Source of the DNA: Candidatus Acidiferrales bacterium
Lineage (GTDB): Bacteria > Acidobacteriota > Terriglobia > Acidiferrales > UBA7541
Length of the DNA: 64,000 nt
Direction: 5' to 3'
Assembly: GCA_963701055.1 (NCBI GenBank)
Contig: OY969563.1
Location: 4,980,481-5,044,480 of the forward strand
The position numbers and the translations under genes are program-made. This document shows, one piece after another, positions 34,779 to 43,257 of the stretch (the first letter of the stretch is position 1; every line of letters starts with the position of its first letter). A model generated the notes under the pieces. That model was not told where the DNA came from, ran no database searches, and saw only the letters and a list, made by a program, of their open reading frames with translations.

Positions 34779-36656
34779 TTGTCTCATTCAGATCGCCGCA
34801 AGTTTCTCCGCTCGCTGAGCCGCACGGCACTCGTTCTACCGTTCACGGATATTCTTTCCCTCGCCCTTCAGCAGCAAGAACCAACACCTCCCAAACCGAA
34901 GATTGGCCCCATCGAGCGGAATTACGACGCCAAGCCCGCTCCGCCTCCTCCGGGCCCCAAATCTCCGATAGAGGGCACGCCACTGGGCGTCAGCTTTGTG
35001 GATGTGGTGAAGGGATCGGGCCTCGACGTGGAAACCATCTACGGCGGCGTGGGCAAGAACAAATATTTATTAGAAACCACCGGCTGCGGCCTCGCTTTCT
35101 ACGATTATGACAACGACGGCTGGCTGGACGTATTTCTCGTCAATGGCTGGCGTTTGGAAGGGTTCGCGAAAGGCCGCGAACCGCATTGCCGATTATTCAA
35201 AAATAATCGCGACGGCACGTTCACCGATGTCAGTAAAGGTTCCGGGTTGGAGATTCGTAGTGGCTGGGGACAAGCCTGCTGCGTCGGTGACTACGATAAC
35301 GATGGCTATGACGATCTGTTCGTCACCTATTACGGCCAGAACGCTCTTTATCACAACAATGGCAATGGAACGTTCACCGACGTGACGGAACGTGCTGGAC
35401 TGATTCAGCCTGGGCCGAAAACGCGTTGGAATACGGGATGCACCTGGGTGGATTATGACCGTGACGGTCACCTCGATTTGTTTGTCGCAAATTATGTGGA
35501 CTTTGACATCAAGACTGCTCCTTTGCCCGAAGAGGGGCCATGCACGTACAAAGGAATCGTCGTCGCCTGCGGCCCTCCTGGGCTCTCCGGTACAAAAAAT
35601 ATTCTCTATCACAACGAAGGGAACGGAACTTTTGTGGATGTAAGCCAAAAAGCAGGGATATGGAATGCGATCGGCACGTACGGCCTCAGCGTTGCTGCGT
35701 CTGATCTGGACAACGATGGTTGGCCGGATATTTATGTGGCCAACGATTCCGCGCCCGCCACGCTTTATCTAAATCAGAAAGACGGCACCTTCAAGGATGT
35801 TGCCATTGAAAACGGAGCGGCGCTTTCTCCCGAAGCGAAGCCGCAGGCAGGGATGGGCGTTTCCATCGGCGACTACAACCGCGACGGGAATCTCGATATC
35901 GTCAAGACCAATTTCGCGGGCGATACGGATTCGCTGTACACAAATCTCGGTGATGCTGTCTTCGAAGACCACACTTATCCCAGTGGCCTCGGCGTGAACA
36001 CGCGGCTCCTCGGATGGGGTGTGGGTTTCTTCGATATGGACAATGACGGCTGGCTCGACATTCTTATGTCCAACGGCCATGTTTATCCGGAAGTCGACAA
36101 ATCTAAAGCCGATCTGAAATACGCCGAGCATAAATATCTCTATCGCAATCTGCGCAACGGCCGGTTTGAAGAAGTCACCAACCAGGGCGGGCCCGGAATC
36201 GTGGAAAGCGCGCCGGCTCGTGGTTGCGCCTTCGGCGACTACGACAACGATGGCGATCTGGACATCGCAGTGAATTGCATCAACTCTATTCCGCAGCTTT
36301 TGCGTTGCGATACAACGCTCGATCGCCATTGGATCAAGATCAAACTTGTCGGGATGAAATCGAATCGCACCGGAATTGGAAGCCGCGTCATCATTACGGC
36401 GACGACTCAGCCGGACGCCAAGAAGCCCTTGGTCCAAATGGATGAACTTCGCAGTGGTGGTAGCTACTTTTCGCAGAATGACATGCGCATGCACTTTGGG
36501 TTGGAGAAAGCCGCCAAGGTTGACATGGTGGAGATTCGCTGGCTCAGCGGTCAAATTGATCAACTGAAGGATCTCGACGTGAACCGCCTCTACGTCATTC
36601 AAGAGGGCGGCAAGATTCTTAAGGCAGAAACGCTGAAACCTGCGACGAAATCATAG
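34779..36656 (+). CDS. CRTAC1-family protein (FG-GAP/VCBS + ASPIC/UnbV), twin-arginine signal
   Basis: TTG start preceded by GAGGAGGA. SDRRKFLRSLSRTALVLPF fits the Tat consensus. Long identical runs with the 26792..28648 paralog (KNKYLLETTGCG.AFYDYDNDGWLD, LFKNNRDGTFTDV). Confidence 0.85.
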   Translation: MSHSDRRKFLRSLSRTALVLPFTDILSLALQQQEPTPPKPKIGPIERNYDAKPAPPPPGPKSPIEGTPLGVSFVDVVKGSGLDVETIYGGVGKNKYLLETTGCGLAFYDYDNDGWLDVFLVNGWRLEGFAKGREPHCRLFKNNRDGTFTDVSKGSGLEIRSGWGQACCVGDYDNDGYDDLFVTYYGQNALYHNNGNGTFTDVTERAGLIQPGPKTRWNTGCTWVDYDRDGHLDLFVANYVDFDIKTAPLPEEGPCTYKGIVVACGPPGLSGTKNILYHNEGNGTFVDVSQKAGIWNAIGTYGLSVAASDLDNDGWPDIYVANDSAPATLYLNQKDGTFKDVAIENGAALSPEAKPQAGMGVSIGDYNRDGNLDIVKTNFAGDTDSLYTNLGDAVFEDHTYPSGLGVNTRLLGWGVGFFDMDNDGWLDILMSNGHVYPEVDKSKADLKYAEHKYLYRNLRNGRFEEVTNQGGPGIVESAPARGCAFGDYDNDGDLDIAVNCINSIPQLLRCDTTLDRHWIKIKLVGMKSNRTGIGSRVIITATTQPDAKKPLVQMDELRSGGSYFSQNDMRMHFGLEKAAKVDMVEIRWLSGQIDQLKDLDVNRLYVIQEGGKILKAETLKPATKS

Positions 36657-36693
36657 CGGGTTGCGCTGGGACGAAGGAACGGCAAGAAAACAG

Positions 36694-37182
36694 ATGCGAA
36701 GCTCTCATGCACTGCTGCTCGGCCTGACGATGCTGGTCTCCACTCGCTGCCATGGACAAGCGAAGTGCCCATGGATCAATGAAACAACGGCGCACGGAAT
36801 TCTAGGCGGCGACGTTAGTATGGCTGTCAAATTGACGGAGCGGGGCGGGGGCGTCTGCGAATTTTCGAGATCAGTGGGGAAGACGAATCTCCAGTTGAGC
36901 ATTTCCGTGTACATCATGACCGACACTTTGGCGCAATTTTCGAAGTATTTGGAGCAATGTCCACCCAAAAGTGCTCTCCTTCGGGCCATCGGAAATGAGG
37001 CAGTGAGTTGCAGTTTGAGCAAGAGAGGCCAATATATCGAGAGAGTTGTGAGCAGAGTGCGCGATCAAGCCTTTATTGTCAGCGTAAGCTCGAGCGCGGC
37101 GGATGATCCGTCTATGACGGAGGAAATGCGCCGCAAGAAGGCCAATCTCGTCGCCGAGCAGGTCGCAGGAATTCTTTTCTAG
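36694..37182 (+). CDS. Small secreted hypothetical protein, last gene of the TPR/cytochrome/CRTAC1 operon
   Basis: Signal peptide MRSSHALLLGLTMLVSTRCHGQA. It starts 38 nt after the CRTAC1 stop. No motif recognised. Confidence 0.5.
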   Translation: MRSSHALLLGLTMLVSTRCHGQAKCPWINETTAHGILGGDVSMAVKLTERGGGVCEFSRSVGKTNLQLSISVYIMTDTLAQFSKYLEQCPPKSALLRAIGNEAVSCSLSKRGQYIERVVSRVRDQAFIVSVSSSAADDPSMTEEMRRKKANLVAEQVAGILF

Positions 37183-37375
37183 CCTCAATTCAGAACGAAT
37201 AAATATCCGCAAGATAATCTGGACGACCAATTTGACCGTTGGTTCCGATCGCGGTCGTTACATTGCCAATATCTAATAATTTCCTACGTTTCATGTCGAA
37301 AACTGAAGAGTTACCCGGCATCTGAATTGCTCTTAACCGCGTGCAAGTTGCGGTGAGCGGCACAAACGAACGAAG

Positions 37376-37567
37376 ATGCCTCAATCCATAGCAAACAAAA
37401 CCGAGAACCCGGTCCTGTGTCCTTCTGAATGTCTGCCGGCATCCCTGGATCCCACGGATTGGGACAGCTTTCGCACGCAAGCCCACACCATGCTCGATGA
37501 CATTCTGGATTACATCAAAGATATTCGTGATCGCCCCGTTTGGCAGACGATCCCGGACGATGTGCGC
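37376..37567 (+). pseudogene. N-terminal stub (~64 aa) of a group II PLP-dependent decarboxylase
   Basis: LDPTDWDSFRTQAHTMLDDILDYIKDIRDRPVWQTIPDDVR is the typical N-terminus of ~480-aa aromatic-amino-acid/glutamate decarboxylase-family proteins. Similarity ends there and the frame stops at 37642. Confidence 0.5.
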
Positions 37568-37698
37568 GTTCGCCCTGGAATCACGTGCCTGTGGCAAATC
37601 ATCCTGAACAAATTTCGCCCCGCCCTCCTTCGCCCGCTTTAGCGTTTACAATTCTTGCGTTTTCATAAAATTGCTGTACGCCACGTCTGGAGAAGACC

Positions 37699-38615
37699 AT
37701 GCATTTTCCCTCAGTCGCCCGCACCTTGATGGGCAACGCAGGCTTTGAAGTTCACATCAGTGGTAAGCGCAAGGAGCTTTTGCTCTCAACGTGCGATCGC
37801 CTATTCACGGACGCGCGCGACCACGGTGAAGTTTCTGTTCGGATTGGCGCCGCCACGCTGCATCTGGATTTAGCTAATCCGTCCGAGCGCCTTCTCTACT
37901 ACGCCCCGCACAACTTGTTGCTCAGCTACCGCAACTCGCCGCTGTTTACGATCTTGTCTCGCGTCGCCGTTTCACCTGGCCTGTTTGTCGATATTGGCGC
38001 AAACCTTGGTATGTACAGTCTTCTGGCGCGAACGGTGGGGCTGGATGCATTGTTGTTCGAGCCAGAGCCCGTCCATTTTGCGTTCCTCAGCCGTAACGCA
38101 GATTCGATCGGCAGAGCTGTAGCGTGTGCCCTCAGCGATCGATCCGGCATGACGGACTTTTTCGTGTCCGGTCCAACAAATCCCGGAAGCAGTTCCCTTG
38201 TAATGCCGGAAGGAGGTTGGAGCCATTCGGAATACCAGCAAGGGTCTCCGTGCGTTCGTGCACCTTTGATTCCGCACTTGTGGAACTTCATGCAGATCCA
38301 GCTACCATTCGCCTGATCAAGATCGATGTTGAGGGCAATGAAGAACTCACCGTCCAGGGCATGCGCCGGTATCTCTCCGGACCAGCCCCGGCTCCACTCT
38401 GGCGCGAGGTTCGCGGCCCTTCCTCAGGCCGCGGTCGCAATAGCGTTCATTCCGTCTCAAACTTCCTGGCGCAGTTTGGGTACAAACCCTTTCACCACGA
38501 AGATGGACAATTGCTTCCGTTCCGGCTCGGTCTTGATCCGGAACCACAGGTGTTCGATCTTCTATTCGCCGTTCCCGGGCTCCACGGAAACGTTCTTCCG
38601 CTGCAAACTCTTTGA
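37699..38615 (+). pseudogene. FkbM-family methyltransferase, disrupted by a frameshift near 38240
   Basis: Frame 1 carries LFVDIGANLGMYS (SAM-binding motif) ...SDRSGMTDFFVSG...SSLV. Frame 0 continues with IRLIKIDVEGNEELTVQGM (the FkbM signature). The total span of 917 nt is not a multiple of 3. Confidence 0.65.
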
Positions 38616-38792
38616 ATTAATGCGATTGCGCCACGCAGCTCGCGATTTCTCATACAGGGAGGTCACTTTTGGGGTAAGGCATTCTCCCGATGGTTCCTGA
38701 GCTTCTGAACATTGAAAATTGCTGAGAAGCCAACCTATTCTCATGTCGCGCTTGGGACCGTTTTTGCTGGCCATGGGAGGAGAAAGAACGAG

Positions 38793-38978
38793 ATGCTTCG
38801 CTGGGCACCCACCTCCACCACCGCGGCTTTGACCGCCGTTCTGCTGGCTCTTTTTGAGCCAGCCCTCGCGCTCTCGGATGCCCGAAGGCTGGTTTCTCTC
38901 GCTTTTCTCGTCGTCTTGGTCCGCTCTCCTTTTTGGCTCGCCAGTTTTTTCAGTTACGGAAAGACGGCAAGGGCATGA
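38793..38978 (+). CDS. Possible small two-TM membrane protein, translationally coupled to the ECF sigma gene
   Basis: 61 codons with two hydrophobic stretches (TAALTAVLLALFEPALAL, LVSLAFLVVLV). The stop TGA overlaps the sigma-factor ATG (ATGA at 38975-38978). GGAGGAG lies ~10 nt upstream. No homology recognised. Confidence 0.25.
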   Translation: MLRWAPTSTTAALTAVLLALFEPALALSDARRLVSLAFLVVLVRSPFWLASFFSYGKTARA

Positions 38979-39556
38979 GCGTCGACTATGCATGCAGTCC
39001 TGAAAAAGAATTGGTGGCGCTCGCTCGGAATGGGAATGAGGCGGCTTTTACGGAGCTGGTCCAACGCAACTGGCACATGATTTACAGAATCTCGCGCCGG
39101 GTTGTGAAAAATCATGAGGACGCCGAAGACACTCTCCAGAACGTGCTCGTCAAGGTGTATCAGCGACTCGATGGTTTCGAAGAGTCCGCGCGTTTCTCCT
39201 CTTGGCTGTTTCGTGTCACGTTTAATGAAGCGCTCATGACCTTGCGTCGGAACCGGTCGCGCCGTCAGGACAGTTTCGTGAATCTGGACTATTCGGATGG
39301 CAGTGGCCACGGCATCGCCGATCTCCAGGACACGCGTGTGAACAACGAACGGCAGCACATGCATCGCGAACTCGCCTCCAAAGCGATGCACCGCCTGAGC
39401 CCGGCGCTGCGGCGGGCCTTCCTTCTACATAAGCACGAAGGCTGGACGCACCGGGAAATGGCGGAAGAACTAGGAATCACGCAAGCCACCGCGAAGATGC
39501 GCGTCTTTCGCGCACGCAAGCAACTTCGCGCAGAACTTGCGGTTCTCACGCAATAA
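38975..39556 (+). CDS. ECF (sigma-70 family group IV) RNA polymerase sigma factor
   Basis: Region 2 (EDAEDTLQNVLVKVYQRLDGFEESARFSSWLFRVTFNEAL) and region 4 HTH (WTHREMAEELGITQATAKMRVFRARKQLR) are both present. Confidence 0.85.
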   Translation: MSVDYACSPEKELVALARNGNEAAFTELVQRNWHMIYRISRRVVKNHEDAEDTLQNVLVKVYQRLDGFEESARFSSWLFRVTFNEALMTLRRNRSRRQDSFVNLDYSDGSGHGIADLQDTRVNNERQHMHRELASKAMHRLSPALRRAFLLHKHEGWTHREMAEELGITQATAKMRVFRARKQLRAELAVLTQ

Positions 39557-39596
39557 TTTTCAACCCTCATTTAGTTAGTTTTTCTGACGATTCGCT

Positions 39597-40646
39597 CTAC
39601 AAAGCGTCCAGATAATGCACGTCTGGCAGTTCCTGCAATTGTTTCGCAGCGGACTCCGCGGTGATGTCTCGCTGGGGCATTGCTAATAATTCATAACCAA
39701 CCATGAATTTCTTGATGGTCGCTGAGCGCAGCAGCGGCGGATAAAAATGTGCATGAAGGTGAAATGCCGGATACGCCGCATCGTCCGTGGGACGCTGGTG
39801 AAAGCCCATGGTGTACGGAAAAGACGTTTTGAACAGATTGTCGTAACGAATAGTCAGCAGACGAAGAATCTGCGCCAGGCCTTCGCGCTCCGCATCGCTT
39901 AATTCCGGCAAAGAACTTACAGCCCTACGGCTGATCAACAATGTTTCATACGGCCATACCGCCCAGAACGGCACCAGCGCCGCGAAATGCTCGTTGGCGT
40001 AGACGACCCGCTCGTTTTTTCTCAGTTCCAACTCCAAATAGTCAGCCAGAAGCGTAGCATTGTGCCCCTGCAGATATTCCTGCTGCGTGGCTACTTCTCG
40101 AGCCAACTCGTCCGGCACAGTTTCATTCGCCCATATCTGGCCATGTGGATGTGGATTGCTGCAACCCATCATCGCCCCGCGATTCTCAAAAATCTGCACG
40201 GAGCGAACACCTCCCAAGCTGCCCAATCTTGCAAATTCTTCACACCAGGTATCCACCACAACCTTGATTTCATTGACACTCATCCGCGCGAGTGTCAAAT
40301 CGTGTCGCGGAGAATAACAAATCACCCGGCATTGCCCTGCTTCGCTCTGCGCCTTTAGCAAATCTTCTTCCTGAAATCCACCGGCCGGCGTGTCCGGGCG
40401 AAGGGCCGCAAAATCATTGTCGAATAAGAAAGTATTCTTATATTCGGGATTCTTCGCGCCGCCCGCCCGCGCGTTTCCCGGGCAGAGATAACACTGCGGA
40501 TCATAAGCAACGGAAGCTTCCGACGGCGTCGGCTCAATTTGCCCTTGCCACGGTCGTTGTGTGCGGTGTGGCGAAACCAGCACCCATTCCCGCGCGAGCG
40601 GATTCAATCTACGGTGCGGATGCGCTCCCAGTTCGAACTGCCCCAT
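39597..40646 (-). CDS. galT: Galactose-1-phosphate uridylyltransferase
   Basis: CYLCPGN zinc motif, SNPHPHGQIWA active-site HPH, and the N-terminal RRLNPLAREWVLVSPHRTQRPWQG block. I prefer the ATG at 40646 (GAGGAAGGGGA upstream) over the track start at 40727. Confidence 0.9.
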   Translation of the reverse strand: MGQFELGAHPHRRLNPLAREWVLVSPHRTQRPWQGQIEPTPSEASVAYDPQCYLCPGNARAGGAKNPEYKNTFLFDNDFAALRPDTPAGGFQEEDLLKAQSEAGQCRVICYSPRHDLTLARMSVNEIKVVVDTWCEEFARLGSLGGVRSVQIFENRGAMMGCSNPHPHGQIWANETVPDELAREVATQQEYLQGHNATLLADYLELELRKNERVVYANEHFAALVPFWAVWPYETLLISRRAVSSLPELSDAEREGLAQILRLLTIRYDNLFKTSFPYTMGFHQRPTDDAAYPAFHLHAHFYPPLLRSATIKKFMVGYELLAMPQRDITAESAAKQLQELPDVHYLDAL

Positions 40647-40707
40647 GCGATCCCCTTCCTCGTGCCCTGCTGCGCGCAAACCGTTCTCGCCAGTGCAGCC
40701 GATTTCT

Positions 40708-41694
40708 CTAGCCCCCCACATACCCATTGGGGAAATTCTTGTGCCAGGTCCATGCGCTGCTTAATATCGCGTCCAGTTCATGAAATTTCGGCTTCCAGTT
40801 CAACTCCCTCTGGATTTTTTCCGAGCTGGCGATCAGCACCGCCGGATCACCTTCGCGCCGCGGCGATTCCACAACCGGAATCGTCCGCCCAGTCACGCGC
40901 CGCACCCCATCAATCACTTCCTTCACGCTGAACCCCTGGCCGTTCCCAAGGTTATAAATCAGGTGGCCGGTGCGATCCAAGGCATCAAGGGCCAACAAAT
41001 GCGCCGCGGCCAGATCGCTCACATGAACGTAGTCGCGCACACACGTGCCATCCGGCGTAGGATAATCCGCACCAAAAATCTCGATGTTTTTCTGCCGCCC
41101 CAGGGCCACATTCATCAGCCGCGGCACAAGATGCGACTCCGGCTGATGCGCTTCTCCGCGATCGGGTGCGGCGGCGCCGGCGGCATTGAAATACCGCAAG
41201 CTTGCATATTTCAGCCCATGAATCCGGTGGAACCACTCCAGCATTCGCTCCACCAGCAGCTTGGACTCTCCATATGCATTGGTCGGCTGCAGCGCGTCGT
41301 CTTCCTGAATCGGCGTCCTGGCGGGATTGCCATAGAGAGCCGCCGTCGATGAAAAGACAAAGCGGTTTACACCCGCCGCAATCATCGCCTCCAGAACAGC
41401 CAATGCATTCGCTGTATTGTTCCGAAAAAACCGTTCCGGAAATTTCATGGACTCGCCGGCCTCAATAAATGCCGCGAAGTGCAACACGGCATCGAAGCGA
41501 TGGGCGCGAAATAGAGCGGCAAGAATTTCTTTTTCGCTCAGATCGCCAACAACAAGTTCCGCACCTTTCGGCACCGCTTGACGATGCCCTCGGCTCAAAT
41601 CATCGATCACAATTACTTCGTGGCCCGCTCCCAAGAGCTGTTTGGCGGCTACGCTTCCGATATACCCCGCGCCGCCCGTGACTAGCAGTTTCAT
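40708..41694 (-). CDS. galE: UDP-glucose 4-epimerase
   Basis: MKLLVTGGAGYIGS Rossmann motif, YGESK catalytic block, and typical length of 328 aa. Confidence 0.9.
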   Translation of the reverse strand: MKLLVTGGAGYIGSVAAKQLLGAGHEVIVIDDLSRGHRQAVPKGAELVVGDLSEKEILAALFRAHRFDAVLHFAAFIEAGESMKFPERFFRNNTANALAVLEAMIAAGVNRFVFSSTAALYGNPARTPIQEDDALQPTNAYGESKLLVERMLEWFHRIHGLKYASLRYFNAAGAAAPDRGEAHQPESHLVPRLMNVALGRQKNIEIFGADYPTPDGTCVRDYVHVSDLAAAHLLALDALDRTGHLIYNLGNGQGFSVKEVIDGVRRVTGRTIPVVESPRREGDPAVLIASSEKIQRELNWKPKFHELDAILSSAWTWHKNFPNGYVGG

Positions 41695-42327
41695 GGCCGG
41701 AAACCCTCACGCATTCTTCCACTCGTTGATACTGTCCTCACGCCAAACACCTCACACCATCGGCCGCCCTGTATGACCGTAAACCTCCGGCCGGATCCCC
41801 TCCCGCCACGCTATGCCGCACCATTGTATTGCACATCACCAACTGCTGGACGAATTGCGCTTCGGTTCCGTAAAGGTTCACGAATTTTTCGGAGAGGTCG
41901 TTCGCGGGGTTTGTACTTTTCTGTACTGGCACCGGATTGGGTCAGCTCCTATGGGCCAAGTATAACTGCGAAGCGAAGCGCGGCAAAAATTGGTGGCTGG
42001 TATGGTGGTCAGACAGGCATTTCCGCGTGGTCTATTGACGATCAGGATGGGATTTCTCCAATTAAACTCCCAAAGTGCTTGCCACATCGAAGGGTCAATA
42101 GAATATTGTTATTTTGTCGGCGGAAGCGGCTTTACACAGCCATACTCCACTCTCCTTACATCGAAGCTAAATTCTCTTCAATTTTTCATAACGAAAATGA
42201 GCCTCGTTGGAGGCTAAAGAACTGTAATTATTGACAGTTCCCATACTGTTCCTTTTGCATCATCCTCGTCCCTCGAAACGTGGTCGCGCGGAAGTTTCTC
42301 TATTTATCCGTTTGCGCAGTGCCTTCT

Positions 42328-42453
42328 GTGCCAACTATCGAGCAGCCCGAACGGTTAGCAAGATCGTTTCGTTATTTTAACGGGGCGGAGTGCATCTAGA
42401 AACTCTTGGGCGGAGATTTTCTAGGCCGAGTTGGGTTGCTCGATAGTTGGCAC
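42328..42453 (+). repeat. 126-bp element: 23-nt inverted repeat arms enclosing an 80-nt segment with an inner 7-bp hairpin (structured RNA or MITE-like)
   Basis: Arm 1 (42328-42350) is GTGCCAACTATCGAGCAGCCCGA. Arm 2 (42431-42453) is TTGGGTTGCTCGATAGTTGGCAC. 21/23 positions are complementary, and the two exceptions are G-T, i.e. G-U pairs only if transcribed from the + strand. The inner hairpin is CTAGAAA (42396-42402) / TTTCTAG (42418-42424). Confidence 0.5.
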
Positions 42454-42595
42454 CGCGTTTTGTCTTTCCATTCAGTATGTCGGGCGTAAAACGGGCATAT
42501 TCCTGTCTGCGCCCCGGAATCCCTCCCTTTCGCTTTCCATTTGCGCCAAATTCCAATACGATTCAAGCAATCAGAGACTTGGGGTGGAGGCCGAA

Positions 42596-43234
42596 TTGGC
42601 CAAGGCACGAATCCTTCTTGCGGATGATCACACGCTTGTCGCCGAAGCGTTCAAGCGTCTTTTGGAGCCCGAATGCGAGGTGGTTGGCACGGTCGGCGAT
42701 GGCCGCGCCCTGTTGCGTCTGGCTCCGCAGTTAAAGCCGGATCTGGTGCTCGTGGATCTGAATATGCCGCTGCTTAATGGCCTGGACGCCAGCGAGCAGC
42801 TAAAACAGATCCTGCCCAAGATCAAAATTATCGTTCTCACCATGAACGAAGATCCCGAGATCGCCGCCGAAACCATGGACAAGTGGGCGTCGGGCTATCT
42901 GCTGAAGAAATCCGCCGGCAGCGAACTCTTGAAAGCGGTTCGCGATGTCCTGCGTGGCGGGAAGTACATCACCCCCGCCCTTCAGGATGCTATTGCGGAC
43001 ATCGAAGCCCGCGATGCTCGATCCGAAACAGCTCGCACCCTCACCCCGCGCCAACGCGAGGTGCTGCAACTCCTTGCCGAAGGCCATACCATGAAGGAAG
43101 CCGCGGCTATCTTAAATGTGGCTACGCGCACCGTTGCCTTCCACAAATATCGCATCATGCAGGATTTTGGCTTGGAGAATAATTCCGAACTTCTGCGCTT
43201 TGCCATGAAGCAGAAGTTAGTCAATCAGGCCTAA
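42596..43234 (+). CDS. NarL/LuxR-family response regulator (REC + HTH), orphan
   Basis: ARILLADDHTLV...DLVLVDLNMPLLNG...K receiver motifs and a C-terminal LuxR HTH (LTPRQREVLQLLAEGHTMKEAAAILNVATRTVAFHKYRIM). I prefer the TTG at 42596 (GGAGG 5 nt upstream); the GTG at 42584 is also possible. Confidence 0.85.
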   Translation: MAKARILLADDHTLVAEAFKRLLEPECEVVGTVGDGRALLRLAPQLKPDLVLVDLNMPLLNGLDASEQLKQILPKIKIIVLTMNEDPEIAAETMDKWASGYLLKKSAGSELLKAVRDVLRGGKYITPALQDAIADIEARDARSETARTLTPRQREVLQLLAEGHTMKEAAAILNVATRTVAFHKYRIMQDFGLENNSELLRFAMKQKLVNQA

Positions 43235-43257
43235 CGGCGGCCTTCGCCCCGCCGTTA
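43232..43257. terminator. 9-bp GC-rich hairpin spanning both stop codons of the convergent genes (possible bidirectional terminator, no U-tract)
   Basis: TAACGGCGG-ccttcgcc-CCGCCGTTA. The left arm contains the regulator's TAA and the right arm contains the complement of the kamA-like stop. Confidence 0.35.

Noticed and set aside
37190-37597. The minus-strand ORF 37190..37597, and in particular its last 34 codons (MKRRKLLDIGNVTTAIGTNGQIGRPDYLADIYSF, 37190..37294), considered as a possible small peptide or RiPP precursor next to the methyltransferase remnant.
   Set aside because: The long ORF is antisense to the decarboxylase stub. The short one has AT-rich third positions unlike local genes and no convincing RBS, and no maturation enzymes are intact nearby.
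38562-38993. The minus-strand ORF of 143 aa upstream of the ECF sigma gene.
   Set aside because: Its composition is low-complexity and Gly/Arg/Ser/Lys-rich. It overlaps the sigma start and the coupled mini-ORF, and no motif is recognisable.
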